Of a stretch of DNA of 64,000 bases, positions 39,575 through 48,268 are shown piece by piece. The notes beneath the pieces were generated by a model that was not told the origin of the DNA, searched no databases, and saw nothing but the letters and a program-made list of their open reading frames with translations. This DNA is from a bacterium. GTDB lineage: Bacteria; UBA10199; 2-02-FULL-44-16; JAAZCA01. Location: assembly GCA_963674695.2 (NCBI GenBank), contig CAXXGI010000002.1, forward strand, positions 384,001 to 448,000, read 5' to 3'. The stretch's first letter is position 1, and the number at the start of each line of letters is the position of its first letter. The position numbers and the translations under genes were made by a program.

Positions 39575-40792
39575 ATGATGAATCAAGGATTGAACAATGC
39601 CTACCGGGGAAGTCAGAAGAAGGACTTTCTGAAAGGGCTCTTACAGGAGACCCGGCTCAATGTCATCGTTACCGTGACGCGCAGCTGTGTGCTCCGGTGC
39701 AGATACTGCTATGCGACTGACCCCGGATGTGAGGGTCGAGGAATCATCAGCGATCATCTCCTGGAAAAGATCATTCGCGATGCCAACGAGACGCGCCACG
39801 ACTCCATCGTCTTTGAGTGGACCGGTGGCGAGGTCCTGTTGGCGGGACGAATGTTTTTCGAACGAGTCCTTGAGCTGCAACGACGCTACATGACCAAGCC
39901 CCATGAAAACAGCGTTCAGACCAGCGGGGCCCTCTACGATGAGGAACTCTATCGGTTCCTAATCGGAAATGGTTTTTCGGTTTCGGTGACGCTCGATGGT
40001 CCACGTGCATTGCACGATGCACAGCGTCCCTATGCGGATGGGCGAGGGAGCTTCGAAACGGTCATGCAGTCGGTGCATCTGCTCAAGCAATTGCAGGGCG
40101 AGTGCGGTGTTCTCTGCACGGTGACGCGCGCATCGCTGCCGTATCTCCGGGCGCTCACGCAGTTTTACCGTCAAGAGGGTATGAGAAAGTGGCACGCCAA
40201 TCCCTATATCTTTGATGCGAATAAACCGGTCGGCGAAGAACAGCTCGGCCTGACGGCATCCGAATACGCGGAGACGATGGAAACGTTTTTTGAGGATTGG
40301 ATTGCATGCGACGATGAGTGCTTGTGTCAGCGCAATGTGACTCAGGCCATCGAAGCCCTGATGGCATTCGATCACACAAGCGTGTGTACGAACAGCGGTC
40401 GGTGTCTCACCAACTTCGTCAACATCTCTCCATCGGGGCGGGCCTATCCCTGCCCCAAGTTTTTGGGCGATGAACGGTTTCAGCTTGGGCAGGTTGATAG
40501 GGATCATCTCGCGCAGATCACCTCCCCTGACAATCCGGTCATGGACCAGCTCATAGACGATCGCATGCGTGCGATCAATCGGTGCATCGATCGGGGTTGT
40601 CCGTTCCTCGGAGCATGCAACGGTGGGTGCCCCTATGCTTCGCTGTTGTCCGGAAATGACGGACGCACCGATCACGTTGATGCCACCTGTGAGGGAAGAC
40701 AGCAATTTCTATCGCAGGTCGATGCCTCTATTCGAAGCCACGGTGGTTGGACGACGGTTCAAGGGAATGTGGACCATGAAGAATTGGCATAA
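39575..40792 (+). CDS. Radical SAM/SPASM domain protein, putative peptide maturase
   Basis: CVLRCRYC (CxxxCxxC), WTGGEVLL, SVTLDGP; SPASM cysteines CTNSGRC, YPC, CIDRGCPFLGACNGGC and TC. Confidence 0.92.
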   Translation: MMNQGLNNAYRGSQKKDFLKGLLQETRLNVIVTVTRSCVLRCRYCYATDPGCEGRGIISDHLLEKIIRDANETRHDSIVFEWTGGEVLLAGRMFFERVLELQRRYMTKPHENSVQTSGALYDEELYRFLIGNGFSVSVTLDGPRALHDAQRPYADGRGSFETVMQSVHLLKQLQGECGVLCTVTRASLPYLRALTQFYRQEGMRKWHANPYIFDANKPVGEEQLGLTASEYAETMETFFEDWIACDDECLCQRNVTQAIEALMAFDHTSVCTNSGRCLTNFVNISPSGRAYPCPKFLGDERFQLGQVDRDHLAQITSPDNPVMDQLIDDRMRAINRCIDRGCPFLGACNGGCPYASLLSGNDGRTDHVDATCEGRQQFLSQVDASIRSHGGWTTVQGNVDHEELA

Positions 40793-40839
40793 CGAGTGAG
40801 AGAAAACGTCACTCACAACCAAGTGAAAGGAGCAATACG

Positions 40840-41151
40840 ATGAAGATCAAAACGAAAGAGGGTGAGAAGAAAACGGTACAGCAGGAAAAGGCAGCATGTC
40901 AGTCGGTGGCCGTAAAGGATAAAGCCGAGCAGAAGACGAATGTCCCGTCGAACTCAGACGTATACCAGAGCTCAAATTCGGTTCTGCAGAAGATGGTGAA
41001 GCTGCAGCGGGAAAGCTGTGGGACAGAAGTGAATCAGACGGAGACGATGGTCGCAAAACGTCAGTGTCCATCGGGCACGACCCACAGCAATGCGTATCAA
41101 AGATGCGGTCCCAACCTGTGCTGTGTCTGTCATGGGGATACGTGTAAGTAG
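40840..41151 (+). CDS. Putative RiPP precursor peptide (103 aa, Cys-rich C-terminal core)
   Basis: AAGGAG RBS; starts 47 bp after the rSAM stop; hydrophilic leader; core QCPSGTTHSNAYQRCGPNLCCVCHGDTCK. Confidence 0.75.
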   Translation: MKIKTKEGEKKTVQQEKAACQSVAVKDKAEQKTNVPSNSDVYQSSNSVLQKMVKLQRESCGTEVNQTETMVAKRQCPSGTTHSNAYQRCGPNLCCVCHGDTCK

Positions 41152-41218
41152 TTGGTGGATATCCGAAAGCGTGACCGCTGAACGTATATAATTCCATGGG
41201 GGAACAAAGGAGGAATCC

Positions 41219-42502
41219 ATGGGTGGTTTATCACAGGTCGATCTGGGAGGTCTGTGCAAAGCCTTTGAAGTGATGGGTGAGGATGGGTCGGGGCAGAGCT
41301 ATGCGCATCGGATCTGCGACACGCTGGACCTGACGCAGGGGAGCTATTCGCCTTATCTCTATCGCGACTCCTATGGGGATGGAATGGTTCGCGTTCCGAC
41401 CTATGAGGCCATCGGCGGTCGTCGGCAGATTTCAGAGCATCGCTATTTGACCGAATCGGGCGCGATCATGGGCGGGCCCGCTCGCGATCGCTGGGAGGCG
41501 GGGCGTGTCGATTCGACGATCGCGCGCTATTTCATCGCGGCGGCCTTCGGCATCGAGGAACTGACCGATCGCGTCGGGATCGATCTGGGGCTCGTAAAGT
41601 ACCTTCGATCGCTCACCGGGATCTGTGCGAACAATCCGAGCGGCTGCCTTCAGGGGTCCACCGCTTCGCGCACGAAGCAGAAATGGGGCGCGGTCAAACA
41701 GGAGCAGGCGCGCGTCGCAGGGGAGCGCACGCGTCTGGAAGCGCGCCGCCGCGAGGTGCAACAGATCGCGCAGGGCTATCGTTACATCGAGGTGCGGGTG
41801 CAGGCAAAAGATGACCTGCTCGTGAAGACCGCGCACTGGCGCGATCAGCTTGTCACCGATCCGAAGACGTTTGCCGAGTGCGATCGCGCCATCGCGCTCT
41901 ACACGGAGATGATTGCCGTAGCGCAGGCGATGCTCGATCGCGAAAACACCAGCGGTCGTGATCAATGGATGCGCGATCAGATCGCGATGTATCGGACAAA
42001 GATTCCGCAGCAGCGAAAGACGTTCATAGAGGCGGAGCGCAAGCGCCGCGTGACCTCCGGCTTCATCCTCGTGCACAACTACGATAAGTTCTCCGATCCG
42101 ATGGAGAAGGCCGACGCCTGCTTCGAGAAGGTTACTCCTCAAGGCCTGAAACAGCAGTACTGCGCGCTCAAGAATCAGAGCATGATGATCGCAGGTCTGC
42201 ATCGGAAGATGGATAATTATCCGGAGAAGGATGTCTGCTTACGACACGGAGCGCCGCGCGAAAAGAGCTGTACGAGTTCGGATAGAAACCAATGGGGCTG
42301 CACCTGCAAGACGGTTTCAGCCAATCCATATTCAATAGGGAGCGGATGGAGTCACACGGTCTGCGAAGGGACCTATACCTATACGCCGTGTCTGGAATCA
42401 GGAACGAAGGGCAAGGACTACACCGACGACGAACTCATCTCCGGCGCACAGTGGATGTGCTCACAGGCCACGAGCTGTTCCGTCGAATACATCGGGCATT
42501 GA
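41219..42502 (+). CDS. Hypothetical protein with coiled-coil middle and Cys-rich C-terminus
   Basis: AGGAGG RBS, 427-aa ORF, TATAAT upstream; no recognised family. Confidence 0.7.
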   Translation: MGGLSQVDLGGLCKAFEVMGEDGSGQSYAHRICDTLDLTQGSYSPYLYRDSYGDGMVRVPTYEAIGGRRQISEHRYLTESGAIMGGPARDRWEAGRVDSTIARYFIAAAFGIEELTDRVGIDLGLVKYLRSLTGICANNPSGCLQGSTASRTKQKWGAVKQEQARVAGERTRLEARRREVQQIAQGYRYIEVRVQAKDDLLVKTAHWRDQLVTDPKTFAECDRAIALYTEMIAVAQAMLDRENTSGRDQWMRDQIAMYRTKIPQQRKTFIEAERKRRVTSGFILVHNYDKFSDPMEKADACFEKVTPQGLKQQYCALKNQSMMIAGLHRKMDNYPEKDVCLRHGAPREKSCTSSDRNQWGCTCKTVSANPYSIGSGWSHTVCEGTYTYTPCLESGTKGKDYTDDELISGAQWMCSQATSCSVEYIGH

Positions 42503-42540
42503 ATCGAAAAACGAGAACACACAAGGGAAAGGGGTTGGAT

Positions 42541-43623
42541 ATGGCATTGGGAACGATCATCATCGGTGCGGCGGCGATCGCGGCGGCCATCTGGGGAAGC
42601 GGCTGTGGCGAGCGCGTGCCACTGAAAAAGGAAGAGAAGGATCCGTGTGACAGCGTCGATTGCTCCGGGCACGGGACGTGCATTCCCATCGAGGACCGTT
42701 TCGTCTGTCACTGCGACCGCGGCTACTTCGATGAAGGGGCGCAGTGTCTGCCGGATGAAATCTCCGACGGGGATTTTGATGCGGATTCCGTTGAAAATGA
42801 TACGGATGCGGAGGATGTGGAAGCGGAAACGGAGATCGCTGATGCCGATGGGGAGGATGACGATCAGTTCGAAGAGGAGGATGTGCCGCGTAATCCCTAT
42901 TGCGCAACGCAATATTGTTTGAATGCCACCTCCTATTTCTGTGAATCGAAACTCGGCGACAAGGTCATCGAGTGTGTCGAGGAGGAGTATTGCGATGAGG
43001 GCATGTGTGTCCTGCGCCCCGATGAGGAGGACCCGAACTGTGCTCCCGGCATGCGTTCGGCCTGTGAGGTGACGGATGAATTTGATATTCCGATGTTGGG
43101 AGCGGCGGATCAGAGTCAGAGTCGAAGCCATGCCTATTCCGTTGTCGGATGCTGGCACTCATCGGCATTTCAACTCGATGGACAATATCAGTGTTCCGAC
43201 GATGCCGCCGATGTCCTCAAGGGAATGTACTACATCGGACAGGAGGGGGCGATCGTCGAGAGTTGGATGGCGATGACGATGCAGGTCATCCCCCCGCCGG
43301 AAAAGAGCTTCTATCGCGTCGATGCAAAGATGGATTGGATGACCATCTATCCGGATGCTTGCGACGAAAACTATCCGCCGGCGTTGATGACCTTTTTTGG
43401 GGATGAGCAGTCATCCCTTCTCTCCTATGAGGAATCGTGGAAACGCTGTTTGTATCAGACCGTGGGGGAATTTTCGGCGGCAGGAATCGATGGAGATGCG
43501 GTTCGTCTGCGTTTTCAAAACCATGGCGACAACTGTGATGGACGCAACATTCAGATCAACGGTCTGGCCATCGCGCGCACACGCATCTGGAGCTGCGAGT
43601 GCGTGGAGGATCCGGGGCGCTGA
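42541..43623 (+). CDS. Cys-rich lipoprotein with EGF-like domain
   Basis: Lipobox-like WGSGC; CDSVDCSGHGTCIPIEDRFVCHCDRGYFDEGAQC has EGF six-Cys spacing; acidic linker. Confidence 0.75.
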   Translation: MALGTIIIGAAAIAAAIWGSGCGERVPLKKEEKDPCDSVDCSGHGTCIPIEDRFVCHCDRGYFDEGAQCLPDEISDGDFDADSVENDTDAEDVEAETEIADADGEDDDQFEEEDVPRNPYCATQYCLNATSYFCESKLGDKVIECVEEEYCDEGMCVLRPDEEDPNCAPGMRSACEVTDEFDIPMLGAADQSQSRSHAYSVVGCWHSSAFQLDGQYQCSDDAADVLKGMYYIGQEGAIVESWMAMTMQVIPPPEKSFYRVDAKMDWMTIYPDACDENYPPALMTFFGDEQSSLLSYEESWKRCLYQTVGEFSAAGIDGDAVRLRFQNHGDNCDGRNIQINGLAIARTRIWSCECVEDPGR

Positions 43624-43641
43624 TCTGCAGACATCATCCAC

Positions 43642-43671
43642 AAAAAAGCCCCCGCTTTCGCGGGGGCTTTT
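43642..43671. terminator. Bidirectional rho-independent terminator
   Basis: AAAAAAGCCCCCGC-TTTC-GCGGGGGCTTTT between convergent genes. Confidence 0.85.
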
Positions 43672-43707
43672 GATTGTTAACAAAAGCAAAGTCAGATCGC
43701 TTTTGTT

Positions 43708-43790
43708 CCCTCCCCTTTGTAAGGGGAGGGTTAGGGTGGGGTAGATCCGAGATCTACCTCCCCCGTCCCCTCCTTACAAAGGAGGGGGGA
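43708..43790. repeat. REP-like doublet of a second family
   Basis: CCCTCCCCTTTGTAAGGGGAGGG ... CCCCTCCTTACAAAGGAGGGG inverted pair around a GTAGATC/GATCTAC stem. Confidence 0.7.
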
Positions 43791-43795
43791 GGATT

Positions 43796-44329
43796 CTATT
43801 CACCCTGCCAGGTTGCGATCGAGACTGGCATCTGGTTCGTGGCGAGCGTGCCGATCATGCAGACCTTGACCTGCTCGACATCCGGACGGCCTTCGACGCG
43901 ACAGTCTTCGATGGAGCAGATGGAGACATTCCAGGATCCATTTTCATTTTCCTTCGGTTCGATTGCCGGAACCTCAGGGGCCTGTCCCATGGCGGGGACA
44001 TAGACGAAGGTCACCTGGACGGATTCGTCGAATTCGATCTCCTCGTCCTTTTCCGCCGGGGTCAGCACGATCTCTTCGGCGGCTGCGGTTATCTGGCCTT
44101 TGACCTTGTCGCTGGAAACGTTCCAGCCATCAGGAAAATTGAGTCCCATCTCACTGCAGGCCTTCACAACGAAATCGGCCGGCGCGGGTGCTGGAGCGGC
44201 GACATCTTCGGTGACACCGGTGGCGAGTTCTCCCTCGGTGTCGGTCTCATCCGTCGTCATCTTCGTGCAGGCGCCCACGGTGAACGCCAACGCGAGGATG
44301 AGCAGCATGTTGAGCATCGATTTCTTCAT
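43796..44329 (-). CDS. Hypothetical lipoprotein
   Basis: MKKSMLNMLLILALAFTVGAC lipobox; GAGGAAG RBS. Confidence 0.75.
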   Translation of the reverse strand: MKKSMLNMLLILALAFTVGACTKMTTDETDTEGELATGVTEDVAAPAPAPADFVVKACSEMGLNFPDGWNVSSDKVKGQITAAAEEIVLTPAEKDEEIEFDESVQVTFVYVPAMGQAPEVPAIEPKENENGSWNVSICSIEDCRVEGRPDVEQVKVCMIGTLATNQMPVSIATWQGE

Positions 44330-44388
44330 AGGCTTCCTCACTTTCAGTTCTCACGCGGGGTGGATCGCTCGATCCGGCCCTGCGTTGG

Positions 44389-44961
44389 TTATGCGTTTCG
44401 GATCGCCAGGGCGAACATGACGATCGACCATCCGGCGAAGAGGATGTTGATGCCGACGAGCAATCCCATGGCCCAGACCGCATCGCCCGGCAGGCCGCTC
44501 CAGATGACGGCGCCGAGGATCACGGCGATGACGCCGGAGAAGCAGAGCCATCCCCAGCCGGGCGTTGGGCGCAGCTGGAAGGAGGAGACGAACTTGAAAA
44601 CACCCTCTATAATGAAGAGCAGCGCCACGAGCGCGGTGAGCGTGAGGATTCCCTGCTGCGGATAGACGAGCAGCAGGATGCCTGCGGCGACGTAGAGCAG
44701 CCCCCCGATGAGGCGCAGCCAGAAGCCACCGCCCGAACGGGATTGCACGGCCTTGACGAATGAGGCGATGCCGCCGATGAGCAGCACCCAGCCGAAGAGG
44801 AGTTCCAACGTGATCGTCGCCACGAAGGGGAGCGCGATGGCAGTGCATCCGACGAGGATGGTGATGAGCCCCAGTGCGAGGATCCATTTCCAGTTGGGTT
44901 TGAGGGCGCGAGCGGCGTCGGTGATCGCGTCGATCGATGCAGATTGGGCCTGAGTCGACAT
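44389..44961 (-). CDS. HdeD/DUF308 family membrane protein
   Basis: Six short TMs; WKWILALG.., LLVYPQQG, GLLVGINILFAG. Confidence 0.85.
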   Translation of the reverse strand: MSTQAQSASIDAITDAARALKPNWKWILALGLITILVGCTAIALPFVATITLELLFGWVLLIGGIASFVKAVQSRSGGGFWLRLIGGLLYVAAGILLLVYPQQGILTLTALVALLFIIEGVFKFVSSFQLRPTPGWGWLCFSGVIAVILGAVIWSGLPGDAVWAMGLLVGINILFAGWSIVMFALAIRNA

Positions 44962-45124
44962 GAAATCCTCCTTGGAAGGTGGGCGAAGAGCGCAGACTCT
45001 GTGTATATCAATTCTGGAGGGGAATCAAGGGAACAGAAAAAATGCTGCCAGGACAGGCATTGCCGCCGCTGCTGCCTTTTGCTACACAGGGAGTGTTCCA
45101 TACATCATACGTCAGGGAGGAAAT

Positions 45125-45556
45125 ATGATGCGTCTTTCGACCGCTGCCATGCTGATCGCGATCATCCTGCTGGGGACTCCGGCATTTGCCCAGGAGGCGG
45201 CCAAGCCAAAGGAGGAGGTGCGCGTCCCCAAGAAACTCGAGCTGCCGATGAGCGAGGAGGAATACGAACGCAAGATGCGCAGCGCCAACATCTTCATCTA
45301 CACGGGCATCGCGCTCACCGCCGTGGGCGGGCTCGCGGCCATCGGCGGCAGCATCTACTGGGCCGCGAAGAAAAACGATCGCACCGGAGCGGCGATCATC
45401 ACGGGTTCCGGAGCGGCGCTCGGAATCGCCGGCGGTGTGCTCACCGCCGTGGGGTATCACAAACGAAACACGACCGAGATGCGCGCCTATTCCGTTGCGC
45501 CCGTGATCGATCCCAGCCGGGGGCTCTATGCCCTCCAGCTGCAGACGCGGTTTTAA
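45125..45556 (+). CDS. Hypothetical exported membrane protein
   Basis: GGGAGG RBS, signal peptide, two Gly-rich TMs, terminal Phe. Confidence 0.7.
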   Translation: MMRLSTAAMLIAIILLGTPAFAQEAAKPKEEVRVPKKLELPMSEEEYERKMRSANIFIYTGIALTAVGGLAAIGGSIYWAAKKNDRTGAAIITGSGAALGIAGGVLTAVGYHKRNTTEMRAYSVAPVIDPSRGLYALQLQTRF

Positions 45557-46801
45557 TTAGAACGTCGTAAATGGGAGTGTGTTCAGCAGTACCATCGATT
45601 GCACCTGAAACCACTTGTAGCGCGTGGTGTCAGTGCCGAAGAAGGTGTGGCGATCCCAGGGCGTGAGGAAGAGGTTGAAATCGCGCTCGGACAGGCTCGG
45701 CTCCGGAGTAGCGCCGAGCGCTTCGTAGGTGAAGGTATAGGTCATCATGCTCGTCCCATCGGGGAGCACGCGTTCAATCGTGATGAGGTTTCCCTCCGCA
45801 TCATATTCATAATAAAAGCTGGAGTTGAGTTCAAAGTCCACCTGGTTATCACCCGGAAAGAAATTGGTATCGACGAAAAAGTCGGTCTGTTCCGGGTGAA
45901 ATCCATCCGCATCATCATGATGGAAGAACTCATACGCATATCGCAGCTCGTTGGTCACCGTGCCATTCTGATACGTTGACAGGATCATCTCCACATCCGC
46001 GAGGAGTCCCTCGATCGGTACGCTGAAATTTGCTTGGAAGCTTGAGACGGTATCGCCCGTTTGAACGTCCTTGTTGTAGACGATCTCCATGTTGTCGTGA
46101 GGGGAATAGTGTTTTTCATTATAGGGGTAGCTGTCCCACGAGATGAGGCTCCAGTTTCCGTTCGGATATTTGCTGAGCCACTTCCCATTCGGCAGATCGA
46201 TACGAAGATCGGACCAGCCGGTAATACTGTAGTCGATCGCGGTCGTATCGACGTCCCCGTTTAAAAACTCTTGGACGATGGTCGAGATGCGTTCCTGTGT
46301 ATCGTAGGTGAACTGTCTCGTGAAATACGTGTGCTCCTGTTCGATCAGGCGCGACTCTTCGTCATAGGTGAATTGCTCCTCGAATGCGGAGAAGGGGAGG
46401 TTTAAATCCTGCCAGCTCTGCGGCGGATCGTGGGCGATCAGTTCGATGAGTCGTCCCTCCTCATCGTAGTCGCAATCGATGAGCGGCGTGGTGACCCCAT
46501 CGATCGTCACCGAAAAGGAGGTCATGCGTCCGAAGGTTGGCGCGGGATCGGGATCGGGATCGGGGTCCGGATCAGGATCGGGCGGAGGTGTTGGATCGGG
46601 ATCCGGCTCAGGATTTGGCGGCGGTACAGGATCGGGGGTGGGGCCTGCCGGCGGATCCGGCGATGGATTCGGCGTCGGACACGTTTCACACGCGCCGGGA
46701 GTCGCCGCGGCCGTGTGGCTGCCACAGGCGGTCACCATATACATCAAGGGCGTCGCCACGCAGATGGCGATGATGAGACGCGCGGTCATTCGTGATGACA
46801 T
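45557..46801 (-). CDS. Lipoprotein with Pro-rich linker and YD/RHS-like repeats (paralog 1)
   Basis: VTAC lipobox, (PD)n linker, repeated YDEEGRL / FTYDEESRL / YDAEGNL. Confidence 0.75.
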   Translation of the reverse strand: MSSRMTARLIIAICVATPLMYMVTACGSHTAAATPGACETCPTPNPSPDPPAGPTPDPVPPPNPEPDPDPTPPPDPDPDPDPDPDPAPTFGRMTSFSVTIDGVTTPLIDCDYDEEGRLIELIAHDPPQSWQDLNLPFSAFEEQFTYDEESRLIEQEHTYFTRQFTYDTQERISTIVQEFLNGDVDTTAIDYSITGWSDLRIDLPNGKWLSKYPNGNWSLISWDSYPYNEKHYSPHDNMEIVYNKDVQTGDTVSSFQANFSVPIEGLLADVEMILSTYQNGTVTNELRYAYEFFHHDDADGFHPEQTDFFVDTNFFPGDNQVDFELNSSFYYEYDAEGNLITIERVLPDGTSMMTYTFTYEALGATPEPSLSERDFNLFLTPWDRHTFFGTDTTRYKWFQVQSMVLLNTLPFTTF

Positions 46802-46838
46802 GGACGTATTCCTCCACCGGTTTCATCCTCCAGAAGTA

Positions 46839-46866
46839 TTATCGGTGAATATCGCGAGAAGTTGCG
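46839..46866 (-). promoter_or_regulatory. Putative promoter CGCAACTTCTC-N10-CCGATAA
   Basis: Both boxes and the spacing are identical to the motif at 48156-48183. Confidence 0.6.
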
Positions 46867-46898
46867 CGGTGAAAACCGCCGTTTCTACATTGTTTGTA

Positions 46899-48134
46899 TC
46901 AGAACGATACCATCGGTGCAGTGCCGAGCGAGAGCATATTCTGGACGAAGGCCCATTTGAGCATGTGGGGATTTCCGGAGAAGATCGTTCGGGCATCCCA
47001 AGGGTCGGTGATGCCGAAGAATTCATCGCGCGCGAGCGTCGGTTCCGGCTCGAAGCCGAGTATCTCATAGCTGAAGGCATAGGTGATCATGGTCGTCCTG
47101 TCGGAGAGTTTCCGTTCGACAGAGATGAGATCGCCCGCTTCATTATACTGATAGAAGAAGGTGGAGTTGAGGTCGAACAGGACGTGGTCATCGCCCGCAT
47201 CCGGATCGATGTCGACGAAGAACTCCACCTCGCGCAGGCGGATCGCTCCATCGACGAGATCATAGAAATATTCATAGGCATATCGAATTTCAAAATCGGT
47301 GATCTCGGAGCGGATGATCATTTCGACCTGTTCCGGGATTCCGTCGACGTGTTGTCCCGTTTTGGCGCGATAGCTGCGCAGGAGGTCCTGTCCGGTGGAG
47401 TCATAGAAATAGGCCCCTTCGGTTCCATCGGTCTCATCGACATATTCTCTGGAATAGCGCTGCGGGTCGTTGGTTGGTTCGAAGAAGAGCCAGGTGCCCG
47501 TCGGGGTCCTGTTCATGCCGGTTCCATTCGAAAAGTCGACGACGATATCGTAGATGGGGGCATTGGGATATCGGATGTCCGTCCATTCCAAGGGATGATT
47601 GTCCAAATCGCGTTCGATCTGGATGAGCCTCCCTTCCTCATAGGAAAAATGCTGAATGCGATCGCTCTGTTCGGCAGCGATGAGCTGGTCCTGCTCGTCG
47701 TAGGTGAATGACCATTCGTCCGGATAGATCGGAAGGCCCAAGCCTTGCCAATCCGCGGGCAACTCGTGCACGCTCATCTCGGTCAGGCGGCCTTCATCGT
47801 CGTAGTCATAGTTGGCGAGCGTGTGGGTGAGTCCATCGTAGGTCGCGGTGACGGAGGTGAGACGATTCGCATGCGGTTCCGGATCGGGCTCCGGGTTCGG
47901 CTCGGGCTCGGGTTCCGGACTGGGTTCTGGCTCTGGCTCGGGTTCTGGCTCGGGTTCTGGCTCCGGGTTTGGCGGGGGTGACGGACTCGGCTCCGGCTGT
48001 GGTGGACAGGTCGTGCACTCATCGCAGGGTGTTGCAGCGCTGTTGTTGCCGCAGGCGGTCACGATGTACATCGCCGGAAGGGCGATGAGGATGATGACGA
48101 GTATCCTGATGATGGATCGGTGGTGTGGTGACAT
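46899..48134 (-). CDS. Lipoprotein with Pro-rich linker and YD/RHS-like repeats (paralog 2)
   Basis: VTAC lipobox, (PE)n linker, YDYDDEGRL / FTYDEQDQL / YNEAGDL; similar to 45557-46801 at both ends. Confidence 0.75.
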   Translation of the reverse strand: MSPHHRSIIRILVIILIALPAMYIVTACGNNSAATPCDECTTCPPQPEPSPSPPPNPEPEPEPEPEPEPEPSPEPEPEPNPEPDPEPHANRLTSVTATYDGLTHTLANYDYDDEGRLTEMSVHELPADWQGLGLPIYPDEWSFTYDEQDQLIAAEQSDRIQHFSYEEGRLIQIERDLDNHPLEWTDIRYPNAPIYDIVVDFSNGTGMNRTPTGTWLFFEPTNDPQRYSREYVDETDGTEGAYFYDSTGQDLLRSYRAKTGQHVDGIPEQVEMIIRSEITDFEIRYAYEYFYDLVDGAIRLREVEFFVDIDPDAGDDHVLFDLNSTFFYQYNEAGDLISVERKLSDRTTMITYAFSYEILGFEPEPTLARDEFFGITDPWDARTIFSGNPHMLKWAFVQNMLSLGTAPMVSF

Positions 48135-48155
48135 CGATTCTCTCCCTTACTCCTC

Positions 48156-48183
48156 TTATCGGCGGAAAAAGGGAGAAGTTGCG
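48156..48183 (-). promoter_or_regulatory. Putative promoter CGCAACTTCTC-N10-CCGATAA
   Basis: Second copy of the motif, upstream of paralog 2. Confidence 0.6.
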
Positions 48184-48268
48184 AACAAACGCGGGGATAT
48201 CTGCATCGATCATCGATGTTGGTTTCAAAACGCAGTGACGTAAAAACAACGTTGTGGTGGGAGCGCGA

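Noticed and set aside
39575-40792. Annotation as a plain anaerobic sulfatase-maturating enzyme
   Set aside because: Motifs are compatible, but no sulfatase is present in the window and a precursor-like peptide is adjacent; kept only as the alternative hypothesis.
45557-48134. RHS polymorphic toxin / immunity locus
   Set aside because: Proteins are short lipoproteins with no DPxG core end, toxin tip or immunity ORF.
46479-48243. Plus-strand (GS)n ORFs
   Set aside because: Antisense shadows of the (PD)n/(PE)n linkers.
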